Below, in pieces: positions 43,538 through 53,288 of a stretch of DNA of 64,000 nucleotides. The DNA comes from a virus (taxonomy: Duplodnaviria; Caudoviricetes). A program made the translations under genes and the position numbers. Location of the stretch: the IMG/VR virus record IMGVR_UViG_3300033513_000003, positions 7,533-71,532 of that record; one strand, written 5' to 3'. How positions within the stretch are numbered: position 1 is the stretch's first letter; each line of letters opens with the position of its first letter. The notes beneath the pieces were generated by a model. It was not told the DNA's origin, made no database searches, and saw only the letters and a program-made list of their open reading frames with translations.

Positions 43538-44069
43538 AAATTTGTTTGTGCTCTTGGGGTGTCCCACTATTTTTGATTGTGTTTGCGCGCTTACTAATAA
43601 CAATCACATTATCCTTGGTATACCCCTGAGATGAGTCTATACGATCTAATGTTGGTGAATTATCACTCGATTGCCCAATACCTCGTTGTAACGGAATACC
43701 TAAAACTGGACACGCATCAGGGATTTTGATATCTTCGATAGTTAACGAAAATTCTAGTCCTTTAGCTTTTGCTCTACTCTTAGCATTGTGTAACATCTGA
43801 TACATAACACACTCGACTGTACTTTTCTTACTGTCATATGCAATTTTTTGTTGCTCTAAAATTCTATCTTTCTTATCATGATATCGCTCTCTATCCTGCA
43901 TTCGTCGGAGTTCAATATTTGCAGTACGACCCTGCTGCTGTGCAGCACGGGTGCAAATTTTGCATGTTACCGACAACCCATCAAGTTGGGATTTGTTTTT
44001 GTAAAACAATGTTATGGGAAGACTGCGTTCTCCTTGGTGGTTTTTGCAACTACATAGTTTATATTCCAT
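43500..44069 (-). CDS. HNH homing endonuclease-like protein
   Basis: CPVLGIPL...SPTLDRID...GYTKDNV; same family as 3025-3411 and 8934-9743. Confidence 0.8.
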   Translation of the reverse strand: MEYKLCSCKNHQGERSLPITLFYKNKSQLDGLSVTCKICTRAAQQQGRTANIELRRMQDRERYHDKKDRILEQQKIAYDSKKSTVECVMYQMLHNAKSRAKAKGLEFSLTIEDIKIPDACPVLGIPLQRGIGQSSDNSPTLDRIDSSQGYTKDNVIVISKRANTIKNSGTPQEHKQIYEFFSSYNIYGK

Positions 44070-44124
44070 CTTGTTCTCCATAAATATTTACGCGAAATAT
44101 TTATAGTAACTGAGCGCGAACGCA

Positions 44125-44652
44125 TCAAAACTCCAATAGCTTGTTGTTGGACTTCTCGGCAGTTGCATTAACTGGTGTTTTAGTGCTCGTTATCTTCAAT
44201 TCTTTTTTAAGTTTTGTCAAGTCATCAGCTTGGAGACCTAGGTCAACACCCATGTCATACACATCATCAGGCTTCAAAATATCGAGAGCTTCCTTTGCAT
44301 CTTCTGTGCTATACTCGAAATAATCCATTACTACTTTGGTTGCAACCGGCATCGACATTGTGCCTCTAGTAGCTGTTTTATTCCACACGTACTTTTGTGA
44401 TTTACCGGAGTTGCATATAACTAACAAGTACCACAATAATTCTTTGTGCTGTTGCAAGGAGAACGTGAAACTATTCATCAGTTCATTGATAAAATACACC
44501 TGTCTGGCATCGTTTGTTCCTGACATCCACCTCGCAACCAAAAATGGCACAAATGCCTTTTGTTCTTCTTCGGTTAGGTTACGAAAGAAGTTAACATTTT
44601 TGGCATTCGCTGCATTCAGCACACGAAATATGTCAAGTTTAGGAGTTGCCAT
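44125..44652 (-). CDS. Clamp loader small subunit (T4 gp62-like)
   Basis: EEQKAF.PFLV.RW.SG motif, next to the gp44-like gene. Confidence 0.65.
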   Translation of the reverse strand: MATPKLDIFRVLNAANAKNVNFFRNLTEEEQKAFVPFLVARWMSGTNDARQVYFINELMNSFTFSLQQHKELLWYLLVICNSGKSQKYVWNKTATRGTMSMPVATKVVMDYFEYSTEDAKEALDILKPDDVYDMGVDLGLQADDLTKLKKELKITSTKTPVNATAEKSNNKLLEF

Positions 44653-44980
44653 TGTCGACTACATTGAATTTGCGGTTACAAAACTTGCAGAGCACCACAT
44701 CACCATTTATTGCAAGATGTGTATATGGATGCACACATTCACGAACCATGTCGTGGCGAAGAGCGGAGATTTCGTCGATGATTGGTGTCTTCTCGGCCAT
44801 CAAGTCAAGAATCTTTTCTTCGATAGGCTTCAACTTTGCAAGCAAAGTTACCATATTGTTCATCTTACGATCCCAAGCTACCTTCTCGCTGCGGGTTGCA
44901 TTGTCGGCAATGGATTCGAATAAACGACGTGTGCGTGTTTGTTCGGCGGTTTCGCCTTCGGGTTTCTTTCTGCGTGCCAT
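44639..44980 (-). CDS. Hypothetical protein with C-terminal zinc ribbon
   Basis: C.HP...CKFC. Confidence 0.65.
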   Translation of the reverse strand: MARRKKPEGETAEQTRTRRLFESIADNATRSEKVAWDRKMNNMVTLLAKLKPIEEKILDLMAEKTPIIDEISALRHDMVRECVHPYTHLAINGDVVLCKFCNRKFNVVDNGNS

Positions 44981-44995
44981 GATTTTTCCTTATAG

Positions 44996-45928
44996 TTATA
45001 TTTGTGCCAACCTGATGAAACAGGCTGCTGCGTTGATTTCTGGGTCTGCTACAATTGAGTTCTTATACAAATGTTCAGCAATAACCAGAATTGATTCTTC
45101 CCACTTGCCACCATCTTGAAACTTTGGTGCACGAGCGACATGTTCGTATAGGAAACGGTACATATTTTCCCACTCGTCTGGTGAAACAGACGTACATACC
45201 AACTTACGAGCATCTAGCCACTTGTCGCGTTCAATAAACTCAAGTAGCTTAAACTTGTAATCGCTTGCAGATCCTTCTAGTACCGGTGGCTGCAGCTTAC
45301 CGTCGATGGAATTCTGCTGCAACATATTAACAATCTTGCGGATGTCTGGATATCCATGAGCAATGTACTTGTCCAGTAAGTTCAAGTCAAACTCAACGTG
45401 TTCGGACGCAAGAATGCTGATGAGATATTCAGCAATATCATTGTAATCTGCAGACTTAAAGTGGAATTCTTGACAACGAGAACGGATGGGTGCAATAATT
45501 TTGTTGACGTGGTTGCATGTCAGAATAAACCGTACGTGGTTACTTACCTCTTCCATGAAACTCTTCAAAGCTGCTTGAGCTGCAGGAGTAAGCTGATCAG
45601 CTTCTTCCAAATGGATGATCTTAAACGACCCCATTGCCATCGACATTGCAAAGTTCTTGATAGTGTCGCGGAATGTGTCAATACCACGTTCATCGGAGGC
45701 ATTGATAGTTTTCACGTCATGCTTGTCGACGTGCATCTCACGAATTAGGATCTGTGCCAAAGTTGTTTTGCCTGCACCTTGAATACCGGAAAGCAGCAGG
45801 TGTGGAATTGATTTGTCAGCTATGAAGCGGGTGATTGATGCTTTGTGCTGCTTATCGTGGAAGACGTAATCGCCTATTGTTTGTGGACGATACTTTTCTG
45901 TCCAGAGAGCATGTTTTTTATTGTGCAT
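44996..45928 (-). CDS. Clamp loader large subunit (gp44/RFC-like AAA+)
   Basis: WTEKYRP, GIQGAGKTT, INASDERG, EEAD, IRSRC. Confidence 0.9.
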   Translation of the reverse strand: MHNKKHALWTEKYRPQTIGDYVFHDKQHKASITRFIADKSIPHLLLSGIQGAGKTTLAQILIREMHVDKHDVKTINASDERGIDTFRDTIKNFAMSMAMGSFKIIHLEEADQLTPAAQAALKSFMEEVSNHVRFILTCNHVNKIIAPIRSRCQEFHFKSADYNDIAEYLISILASEHVEFDLNLLDKYIAHGYPDIRKIVNMLQQNSIDGKLQPPVLEGSASDYKFKLLEFIERDKWLDARKLVCTSVSPDEWENMYRFLYEHVARAPKFQDGGKWEESILVIAEHLYKNSIVADPEINAAACFIRLAQI

Positions 45929-45985
45929 TGTTATAGTTCTCCTCAATATATGATACTATACTACATATTGAGGAGAAATCAACAA

Positions 45986-47407
45986 TCAAACGTAAATTCC
46001 ATATCCGTGCTTTTGCAGGATGTCTTCGATTGCACGAAGTTCCCACTGCTCGTCTCTGGTGAGACCATCACCCAAATTCATTTTATTTTTCAGGTAATTG
46101 TAATGTTGCAGCAGTTCATGGATTTTGTTCTCGCTAGCAGCACCATTCCACAATCCTGCATAAGGACGTGGGCGAGCATTTTTCATGTCAGGCACGTTCA
46201 AGTTAGAAGGTGGTGTAGGTTCAGCAACGGATACTGGTGTGAATTCTGCAACTGGTTCAACAGTTGGTTCAACGGTTGGTGCAACAACCTCTTCCACAAC
46301 TGGCGCTTCAGAAGGAGCTTCAACTACTGGCTCCACTTCTGGCTCTACCACTTCAACAGGATCAGCTATATTTGAGTCTTCTGCCTGTTGAGCTTCTTCC
46401 CAATGTGCAGCATCTACCTCTGAATAAGGTGGTGTAGTGTCAACAGGCTCAACTACTTCTGGTGCTTGGTCTGCAACAGGTGCAGGCTCAGGCGTAGGCT
46501 CTGGTTCTGGTGCAGGTTCTGGTGCAGGTTCTGGTTCAGGTTCTGGTTCTGGTGCAGGTTCTGGTGCAGGTTCTGGTTCAGGTTCTGGTTCTGGCACAGG
46601 CTCCGTTTTGGGAGGTTCAGGAGGTAGGTCATCGGATGGTTTCTCTGCTTCCAGTTTTGCCTTTGCCTCTTGTTTCTGCTTAATTGCAATATTAACAGCA
46701 AGTGTTAAAGCCACAGCCATTGGGTCGAATGCAAAAATAATCAAGAAGATTAAGTACTTGGTTGCATCATCAGAATCCATACCAAAGGCTTTTGCGATGT
46801 ACACAATTGGACCTGTGTGAGCCTCAGTTTTAATCAGATCCTGCTTGTACGTCAACAAATCAGCATCTAGTTGCCTCAAGCGAGTGGTAACTTGAATTTG
46901 CTCGTCTTTGTACTGTTTAGCGAGACGATCGTGAGCTCGTGTTGTTTGTCCAAGTGCTCGAGTGGCTTTGTCGTCAACAGTACCATCAGCACCTTGAATG
47001 GTGTGAATGGAAGGGCCTTTATCTGCAAGCAAGTCGTCGATTTGTTGTTTGCGGGCGAGGATACGTGTCTTTTCCTCTTCCAGCAATTTCACCTGTTCCT
47101 GCTTCTGTTTAACAGGTAAAATGTCCGCTTGATAACCAGAAGACAAGTAGCCAAAATGGCCAAGACCAGTTAACAACATCAGTGTTAGCACACCCATGAC
47201 AAGGTACAGTTTCAGTGCAATGTGAGTCGTATTCCAATATCTGTAGAGGAAAGAAGACGCAATTAACTTGCCGTATTCCAGAGCACAGCCCATTGCAATA
47301 ACTGACCAGAAAATTCCACTGAAGGTTGAAGCCAACCCCCACACGCTGAAAAATCCCGATACTGTTGCAAGTAGGAAGGCTCCAAGAGCTACTAAGAAAA
47401 TAAACAT
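45986..47407 (-). CDS. Membrane protein with coiled coil and Pro/Glu-rich tail
   Basis: N-terminal TM helices, GPIVYIA...FDPMAV TM segment, PEPEPA repeats. Confidence 0.75.
   Translation of the reverse strand: MFIFLVALGAFLLATVSGFFSVWGLASTFSGIFWSVIAMGCALEYGKLIASSFLYRYWNTTHIALKLYLVMGVLTLMLLTGLGHFGYLSSGYQADILPVKQKQEQVKLLEEEKTRILARKQQIDDLLADKGPSIHTIQGADGTVDDKATRALGQTTRAHDRLAKQYKDEQIQVTTRLRQLDADLLTYKQDLIKTEAHTGPIVYIAKAFGMDSDDATKYLIFLIIFAFDPMAVALTLAVNIAIKQKQEAKAKLEAEKPSDDLPPEPPKTEPVPEPEPEPEPAPEPAPEPEPEPEPAPEPAPEPEPTPEPAPVADQAPEVVEPVDTTPPYSEVDAAHWEEAQQAEDSNIADPVEVVEPEVEPVVEAPSEAPVVEEVVAPTVEPTVEPVAEFTPVSVAEPTPPSNLNVPDMKNARPRPYAGLWNGAASENKIHELLQHYNYLKNKMNLGDGLTRDEQWELRAIEDILQKHGYGIYV
46501..46584. 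repeat. Exact 42-bp tandem duplication of hexamer units
   Basis: ctggtt ctggtg caggtt ctggtg caggtt ctggtt caggtt, twice. Confidence 0.9.
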
Positions 47408-47430
47408 ATTTTTAACCTATGGATGGAGAG

Positions 47431-48006
47431 TTATTCTGGTTTGGTGTAGACAATAACGTCATCTTCTTTGATGAACGTGAATTGTTCGCCATTGTGTTTG
47501 AAGTCTTCAAACACACTTTCGTCGTGAAAGTATACGGTTGAACCAGCGAGGTCTGCCTCACACTTTGCACTAATTGACACTACTTCTGCACTTGGTGTAT
47601 CGGTGCCAAGATTGCCAATGACCATTAGACCTGATGCGCTTGTGGTGACTTTTGGTTTGGAACGCTTAACGATGATAGTTTTGTTAACAGGTACCAACTC
47701 ACTCGTTTCGCTATCACGAACCACAGCTGCCTGCGATTCGTCAGACTTCCAGTATAGCTCACCATCGAACTTAGATGCGGCGGTCCAACGCAAAGCTGGC
47801 AATAACATCTGCATTCCTGGCTTAACAGATTCGCATTCTGGACCAACGTCAATCACATTCACCCATCTTGGAGATTTTGCGCTATCATCAACGCTTGCAT
47901 TCAGCATGATTCCAGATTCGGTGGTTCCTTTTTCAAATTCACCCTTAATATTAACCTTGTCGACGAAACGAAAGATAATGGAGTTCTTGATAGCTTTGAG
48001 TTTCAT
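47431..48006 (-). CDS. Co-chaperonin with two tandem GroES domains
   Basis: Two copies of the pattern (K/P)...(S)G(I/L)M...V...G/S...G..V.....G... Confidence 0.7.
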   Translation of the reverse strand: MKLKAIKNSIIFRFVDKVNIKGEFEKGTTESGIMLNASVDDSAKSPRWVNVIDVGPECESVKPGMQMLLPALRWTAASKFDGELYWKSDESQAAVVRDSETSELVPVNKTIIVKRSKPKVTTSASGLMVIGNLGTDTPSAEVVSISAKCEADLAGSTVYFHDESVFEDFKHNGEQFTFIKEDDVIVYTKPE

Positions 48007-48038
48007 GGTATTCCTTATATTATGGTTATAGTTGTTGC

Positions 48039-48419
48039 TTAAACACCCGGAGGCGTCATCAGACGAATCTTGCTCGAAACAGGTACATCATCACCAGTTT
48101 CATTAGTGTCTTCATCCTGTAGTTCTTCTAATTCTTCAACCTCTGCAGGTGCAGGAGTCGTCAACATGAAATCATACCCAACCGGTCTTTCAATTTCAAC
48201 AGTTTCTTGAGGAGCAACTTCACTATCTCCAGCAGATACTTGTGCAGTAGTAACAGAGACATTCTCTGTCATCTTGCGCAGACGACGCTTGAATTTCTGA
48301 TCAATGAAATCCTCGCGGGCAACTACATTTGTAGTTTTTGGTGCCGAAGCAATCTGTTCTTTAATTTTTAGCAAGTCGAAATCAACGATTTCTCCCCTTG
48401 CACTTTTACCCTTAACCAT
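48039..48419 (-). CDS. Hypothetical protein
   Basis: SARGEIVDFDLLKIK N-terminus; acidic tail. Confidence 0.7.
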   Translation of the reverse strand: MVKGKSARGEIVDFDLLKIKEQIASAPKTTNVVAREDFIDQKFKRRLRKMTENVSVTTAQVSAGDSEVAPQETVEIERPVGYDFMLTTPAPAEVEELEELQDEDTNETGDDVPVSSKIRLMTPPGV

Positions 48420-48434
48420 GGACCCATTCTCCTA

Positions 48435-48998
48435 TTATTCATGCAAAAAATCATTTATGTCTAGGTCATACGCATAGCTATCAACATCATGGACACCAAG
48501 CACGTATAACACGTAAGACGACACACTACTACCGCGACCAACACCCCATACTACACCATTGGAAGTTAGTGTATTTATGATGTAAATTATAGTCCGCAAA
48601 ACGGCTGTCAACCCTCGTTGTTGGTACATAATGATTTCTTGGGATAAGCGGATATCGCGCCCTTGCACTTCACTAGTTGGCATATTCTGCACAAGCATGT
48701 CGTGTTTATCCAGTAAATATGCGGTTATATCTAGGTGTTTGTATTGATCAGGAATCGTCCACTCGAACTGTATTGGGTTGCATGTTTCTTTTACATGCAG
48801 CTCCTGGTCCTTCGGGGCAACGCGGTTATAATCTATGACTGTATCAGTTACGTAATCAACGTACTGAACATTGTAACGACGAACGAGATCCAGTAGGTGA
48901 TGGGGATTAAATGATGAATCTCCATCGAACCATACTGTGCGATCTTTGAGTTGTGTACTAAGCAAACGCGCTTCGATATTGTCCATTGGTTGTATCAA
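48435..48998 (-). CDS. DnaE-like (family C) polymerase, N-terminal palm piece
   Basis: RL..E...Y...G...GVGRGSSVSSYVLY.LG...VD...YDL....FL. Confidence 0.8.
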   Translation of the reverse strand: MIQPMDNIEARLLSTQLKDRTVWFDGDSSFNPHHLLDLVRRYNVQYVDYVTDTVIDYNRVAPKDQELHVKETCNPIQFEWTIPDQYKHLDITAYLLDKHDMLVQNMPTSEVQGRDIRLSQEIIMYQQRGLTAVLRTIIYIINTLTSNGVVWGVGRGSSVSSYVLYVLGVHDVDSYAYDLDINDFLHE

Positions 48999-49350
48999 TA
49001 TTTGGTGTCTTCACCGGAATCTGCTCGCTTCCACTAGCAAGTGGAACTCCTGCTGGAGGAGGAGCTGGTGCAAAACTTGGTGCAGTTGCTCCTGCTGGAT
49101 TCCCCATACCACCTGGTGCTAGTACGGTAGGTCCAGCTGGTGTTGCATATGTTGGTGCAGGTGGGGCATACATTACAGGTGCTGGTTGAGCAGGAGCTGC
49201 TGGTGCTTGATCGTTTATATCGTCAATCTTTTCGCGAATGCGTTTCCATTGTGTGGCGGTAGGAATCCAGTTTTCATCCTGCATTTCTTCCACGCCCTGC
49301 AACCACATTTTGAATTCTTTGATTGTTAGCTTCTTCTTTTCTGTTGACAT
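48958..49350 (-). CDS. Hypothetical protein with Pro/Ala-rich tail
   Basis: EFKMWLQGV...PT..QW..IR. Confidence 0.7.
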   Translation of the reverse strand: MSTEKKKLTIKEFKMWLQGVEEMQDENWIPTATQWKRIREKIDDINDQAPAAPAQPAPVMYAPPAPTYATPAGPTVLAPGGMGNPAGATAPSFAPAPPPAGVPLASGSEQIPVKTPNIDTTNGQYRSAFA

Positions 49351-49399
49351 GACAATGTTCCTCCGGTGTTTAATGGTATTTAGAGGTTTTTAAACCACT

Positions 49400-49888
49400 T
49401 TAACCTATCAAATCACCTGCAATATTGTTTTTCAGGTACTTATTGTACGAATCGCCAGAAGAGACATTAACCCAGGTGTCAGGTCCGATTGGGTGACACA
49501 ACATTTGGTGTTTGTTAAGGGAAGGTCCAACATTCTTGTATTCTACGAAGTAGTTGGTGGCAATGATCTGTGCAGGTTCTGGTTGTGCTCGCTTTGGACC
49601 ATAAATCAATGCAGTGAATTCTCTGCCTGCAGTTTCCGATAGCTCCACTACGTCAATTTGTGACGTTTCGGTGTCATATACCAAAATATTCCAATTTGCG
49701 GGGAGCACAAATTCAAAGCCGTTGACTTGAATTTGGATGGATGGGCAGATAACTTCCTCCAGCATGTGGATTGGTGCTAGACCAAAGTCCATCATTGCAA
49801 GATCTAGTACCCACATATACTCTGCTACTGTGGGTCCGTGAATGTTGTCCAAAATTATTGGATGTGAGTAATCGTCGAATATTAACAT
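49400..49888 (-). CDS. Hypothetical protein
   Basis: ORF in the replication block. Confidence 0.7.
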   Translation of the reverse strand: MLIFDDYSHPIILDNIHGPTVAEYMWVLDLAMMDFGLAPIHMLEEVICPSIQIQVNGFEFVLPANWNILVYDTETSQIDVVELSETAGREFTALIYGPKRAQPEPAQIIATNYFVEYKNVGPSLNKHQMLCHPIGPDTWVNVSSGDSYNKYLKNNIAGDLIG

Positions 49889-49906
49889 GATTGTATTATA
49901 CCTAGT

Positions 49907-51430
49907 TTAGATGTCTTTGAGCACATCGTTTTTGTTATAGTTGACTTTGTGTTTCTTGTACGGATACTTTGCCTCATCGTAGTAATTGGTACGAGTTTTG
50001 AGGTGTTTCTTGCTGTATTTCAAATCACCACAAATGTCTGTGATTGATACAGTATCTTTGTCGTCAGCCTTTCGCAAACTTCTACCAATACCTTGGATAG
50101 TACGAATGAAGCTCTTGCCCATATCCACTAGCACCAAGTTAAAGATTCGATCAATACTGATACCAGTACCTACAATGTGCACCGTACCAATAACGACGAG
50201 ATTGTCGTTGTCTTTGAATAAATCGTACACTTCTTGACGCTTAGATGCTTTCTTCATGTCTTGACCATTGACAAATATGGCACCTGGAATGCGAGCTGCT
50301 ATTTGTCGACCGTACGGAATATTGTCAACCAAGCACAAGACATTACCTTTCTTCTGATCGCCTTTAATTCGCAATACGTCAGCAATCCAATCAATTCGGT
50401 CCTTCTTCCTGTAAAGATACGACTTCTCGGATGAATAGTCGGGGAAGTAGCCATCTTTAAATTGAATGTATGTTGGTGGTTTACCGACGGATACCTCTTC
50501 GCAGAACTCGTGATATTGCTTGGTTAGATCTTCTTCGAGCTGTATGATATCAATGTTTGGTCTTGCTAATACACCCTCTTCAATCAGTTCGGATGCTGGT
50601 ATTTCGTAACGAACAGGTCCAATGGCAACGTGCACTGTCAATAAATCGGATGGTTCTTTTGGTAATGTTCCCGTAAAGCCAAAACGATGAGGAATATTGA
50701 AGGCATGGTCAGTCAAGATAGACTGCAACGATTTAGCCTTAGCTCCATGGCATTCGTCGACAATAACCATCTGGAATAGCTCAACTACTTTTGGATTATG
50801 TTGCAGAGCTTGCCACGTACTTACAATGTGTTGGTGTTCTAGTGTTTTTGCGTTACCGCTATATTCACCAGTATCCAACTCACAGTTGATGTACTGCTTC
50901 TTGGTTTGAGCAATCAAGCCTTGGTCAGGAACAATAGTCAGCGTCTTGATTCCACATTCGCCGTACACCATACACAATGCTGCGCAAGTAATCGTTTTTC
51001 CAGCACCTGTACCAGCTACAACGATGCCATTGCCATGTTCGATAAGTGCGTTCAGGGCTGACACTTGGTAATGTCTTAGCTCGATTGGCTTCAGTTTTTC
51101 CCAGTGGATGATGTGCAGTAGAGACGTGCTATCGACAAAACGTGGCGATGCTACCGCCGTCTTTCTCAAGTCTTCCAGCTCAAACTTATAGCCAAACTGC
51201 ATCAACATCGGCAGGATTTCTTCAAGCAAGTACACAAAAGTCTTGCCGTTCTTCTGTACGAAGTTGATTTTGCCGTCCCACCTACCTAGTTTGTACAGTG
51301 GAGAGAAAAAGTAGTTAGGAGAAAATACTCCGTATTTTCTGCGTACTACCTCCAAGTGACTTTCATGTAGACCAACTAAAACGCACGATACCTCATCGAG
51401 GATACGCACTTTGCAAATTTTTTGACTCAT
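49907..51430 (-). CDS. uvsW: SF2 DNA helicase (UvsW-like)
   Basis: LRHYQ, AGTGAGKT, DECH, GFTGT, GTGISI, QGIGRSLR. Confidence 0.85.
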   Translation of the reverse strand: MSQKICKVRILDEVSCVLVGLHESHLEVVRRKYGVFSPNYFFSPLYKLGRWDGKINFVQKNGKTFVYLLEEILPMLMQFGYKFELEDLRKTAVASPRFVDSTSLLHIIHWEKLKPIELRHYQVSALNALIEHGNGIVVAGTGAGKTITCAALCMVYGECGIKTLTIVPDQGLIAQTKKQYINCELDTGEYSGNAKTLEHQHIVSTWQALQHNPKVVELFQMVIVDECHGAKAKSLQSILTDHAFNIPHRFGFTGTLPKEPSDLLTVHVAIGPVRYEIPASELIEEGVLARPNIDIIQLEEDLTKQYHEFCEEVSVGKPPTYIQFKDGYFPDYSSEKSYLYRKKDRIDWIADVLRIKGDQKKGNVLCLVDNIPYGRQIAARIPGAIFVNGQDMKKASKRQEVYDLFKDNDNLVVIGTVHIVGTGISIDRIFNLVLVDMGKSFIRTIQGIGRSLRKADDKDTVSITDICGDLKYSKKHLKTRTNYYDEAKYPYKKHKVNYNKNDVLKDI

Positions 51431-51494
51431 TTGTTATTATTCTTTATCAATTTATAAATAGTATATATGATGAATAGTCGGGAGGGCAACAACG

Positions 51495-52265
51495 ATGAAA
51501 AATACATATTATAATCCACACGATGCAGGAGTGTACATTATTACAAATAACACTACAGGTTCTTTTTATGTTGGGTCATCGCTTAATATTCAGCATAGAT
51601 GGTGGAACCATCGATCGAAAAATAATTCTGGGTGTACCCGACTATCTGCCGCAATTAAAAAATACGGTAAAAATAATTTTACTATTCAGCGCATTTTTTG
51701 CTTGCTGCCTCAAGTAGGTGCCTCAAAAGACATAACACAAAAACAACTTTGGCAGTATGAACAATATTTTATTGATAGTCTTCAGCCATTTGGCGACAGA
51801 GGATATAACGTCCTCTCGTCAACAGAAAAAGGTTTATGTGTGTATGCCACACAAACTGATTTTCTGCACGTGAGAAGAAGAGCTGTAGATATGTTTTCAC
51901 TCCAAGGCGAATTTATTAAAACTTTTGACACAGTTCAAAGTGCGGCAAAGGCAATTGCCATATTCGAGTCGTCTATTGTGGATTGTTGTCAAGGTCGCAA
52001 AAAATCAGCTGGAGATTTTATGTGGTGTTATCACGGCATGGGTACTCCAACACCATACACATCTAACCTAGCAAGAAATATTGCACAGTATGATACACAA
52101 GGCAAATTAATCGCTGTATGGCCATCTATAACGTCTGCAGCAGAAACTCTATTTCCCTCCGAAAAAGTGGGTACAGTAAAAAGCAATATAGTTGACTGCT
52201 GCAAGCGAAATTTAGCACAAACGAAACTATACACAGCGCGCAAATTTGTTTGGAGATATCTCTAA
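51495..52265 (+). CDS. GIY-YIG homing endonuclease with NUMOD1-type repeats
   Basis: AGVYIITN...FYVGSS...GYN; two QYD..G..I..W.S...AA repeats; TATAAATA upstream. Confidence 0.85.
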   Translation: MKNTYYNPHDAGVYIITNNTTGSFYVGSSLNIQHRWWNHRSKNNSGCTRLSAAIKKYGKNNFTIQRIFCLLPQVGASKDITQKQLWQYEQYFIDSLQPFGDRGYNVLSSTEKGLCVYATQTDFLHVRRRAVDMFSLQGEFIKTFDTVQSAAKAIAIFESSIVDCCQGRKKSAGDFMWCYHGMGTPTPYTSNLARNIAQYDTQGKLIAVWPSITSAAETLFPSEKVGTVKSNIVDCCKRNLAQTKLYTARKFVWRYL

Positions 52266-52278
52266 TGACACTTTATTA

Positions 52279-52755
52279 TTAAATTTCAGCATTTTGCATC
52301 TCCGCAATTTTCAGTGCTGTCCAATCTCTTAATGCGAATCCCCGTTTATCCCACGCATCACAGATTGCAGTATACTTGTCTCTGAGTTCTTCCAGTTCTA
52401 GATATAGCTGGTAGTAACCCATGTATTCCGGTTCATTGTCGATGTATTTTTCTTTGCCCCGATCGCCTATGTCTCGCGAGTACGATTCGGTATATCTCTT
52501 ATACAGCTTTCCACGACAAGCTTCAACTTGTGCATTCATATATTTTAGCAGTTTGTCGAGTTCTGCTTTCTTCATGCTGTAGAATACAGGCCAAGCTGTT
52601 TGTTCTTTCAGTGCTTCTGCTCCTGACTTACCTTTGATTGACAATCTGCCGATTGCAAGTGCAATGTCGGCTTCGTAATACATGATGATATCAGGCAAAC
52701 GCGCTTTAACTTCGTCCCAACTGCCTTTGAGTTGAGAAAGTTCATTCATACTCAT
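52279..52755 (-). CDS. uvsY: Recombination mediator UvsY-like
   Basis: Size, helical pattern, YID.EP and position between uvsW and uvsX. Confidence 0.65.
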   Translation of the reverse strand: MSMNELSQLKGSWDEVKARLPDIIMYYEADIALAIGRLSIKGKSGAEALKEQTAWPVFYSMKKAELDKLLKYMNAQVEACRGKLYKRYTESYSRDIGDRGKEKYIDNEPEYMGYYQLYLELEELRDKYTAICDAWDKRGFALRDWTALKIAEMQNAEI

Positions 52756-53288
52756 TAGTGTTTTGTCCCTTTTGACTGATGCTGGAAAACCAGCATTTGG
52801 GTTATCTGATCTTGTGTCAGTTTTGATGCATCAAATGTTGTCTTATCCACAAACGCCGGTTCACTTGCTGGTTCTGGTACACTTTCGCCTGCCTCTTCCA
52901 GCAATTGATCAATCATCGTCTGCAGGAACTGCTTGATAACTTCCTTCGACGAGAATGCATGCTTAATAGGCAAGTTTATGCGAAAGAAGCGAGCGATCTT
53001 ATCGCCTTGGTCTGTTGTAAGCTCACCAGGTGTCAACAATTCAACCCAACGAGGCACTTTAGTACCTTTGGCGTGAGCTATCGTGCAAGTTACAGATAAT
53101 GCAGTTTCAGACAACTCTGCTGAATCCCACTCAGCATTATCCGGTGTAGCATCAAATAGTTCAAGCAGTGCATCAAGCACTGTCGGTTTAAGCATGTCGA
53201 AAATGACATTGGTCAGTGCTTGATGCAAGCGGTCTCGCTCACGAAATGTGACAAGGAGTTGTGTCAATTGTTCGTTATTTTCGCTCAT
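52755..53288 (-). CDS. Hypothetical protein
   Basis: ORF in operon. Confidence 0.65.
   Translation of the reverse strand: MSENNEQLTQLLVTFRERDRLHQALTNVIFDMLKPTVLDALLELFDATPDNAEWDSAELSETALSVTCTIAHAKGTKVPRWVELLTPGELTTDQGDKIARFFRINLPIKHAFSSKEVIKQFLQTMIDQLLEEAGESVPEPASEPAFVDKTTFDASKLTQDQITQMLVFQHQSKGTKH

Noticed and set aside
31619-48998. Split intein joining the DnaE halves
   Set aside because: No C-initial intein N-part after the N piece and no HN-C/S junction before DIDID
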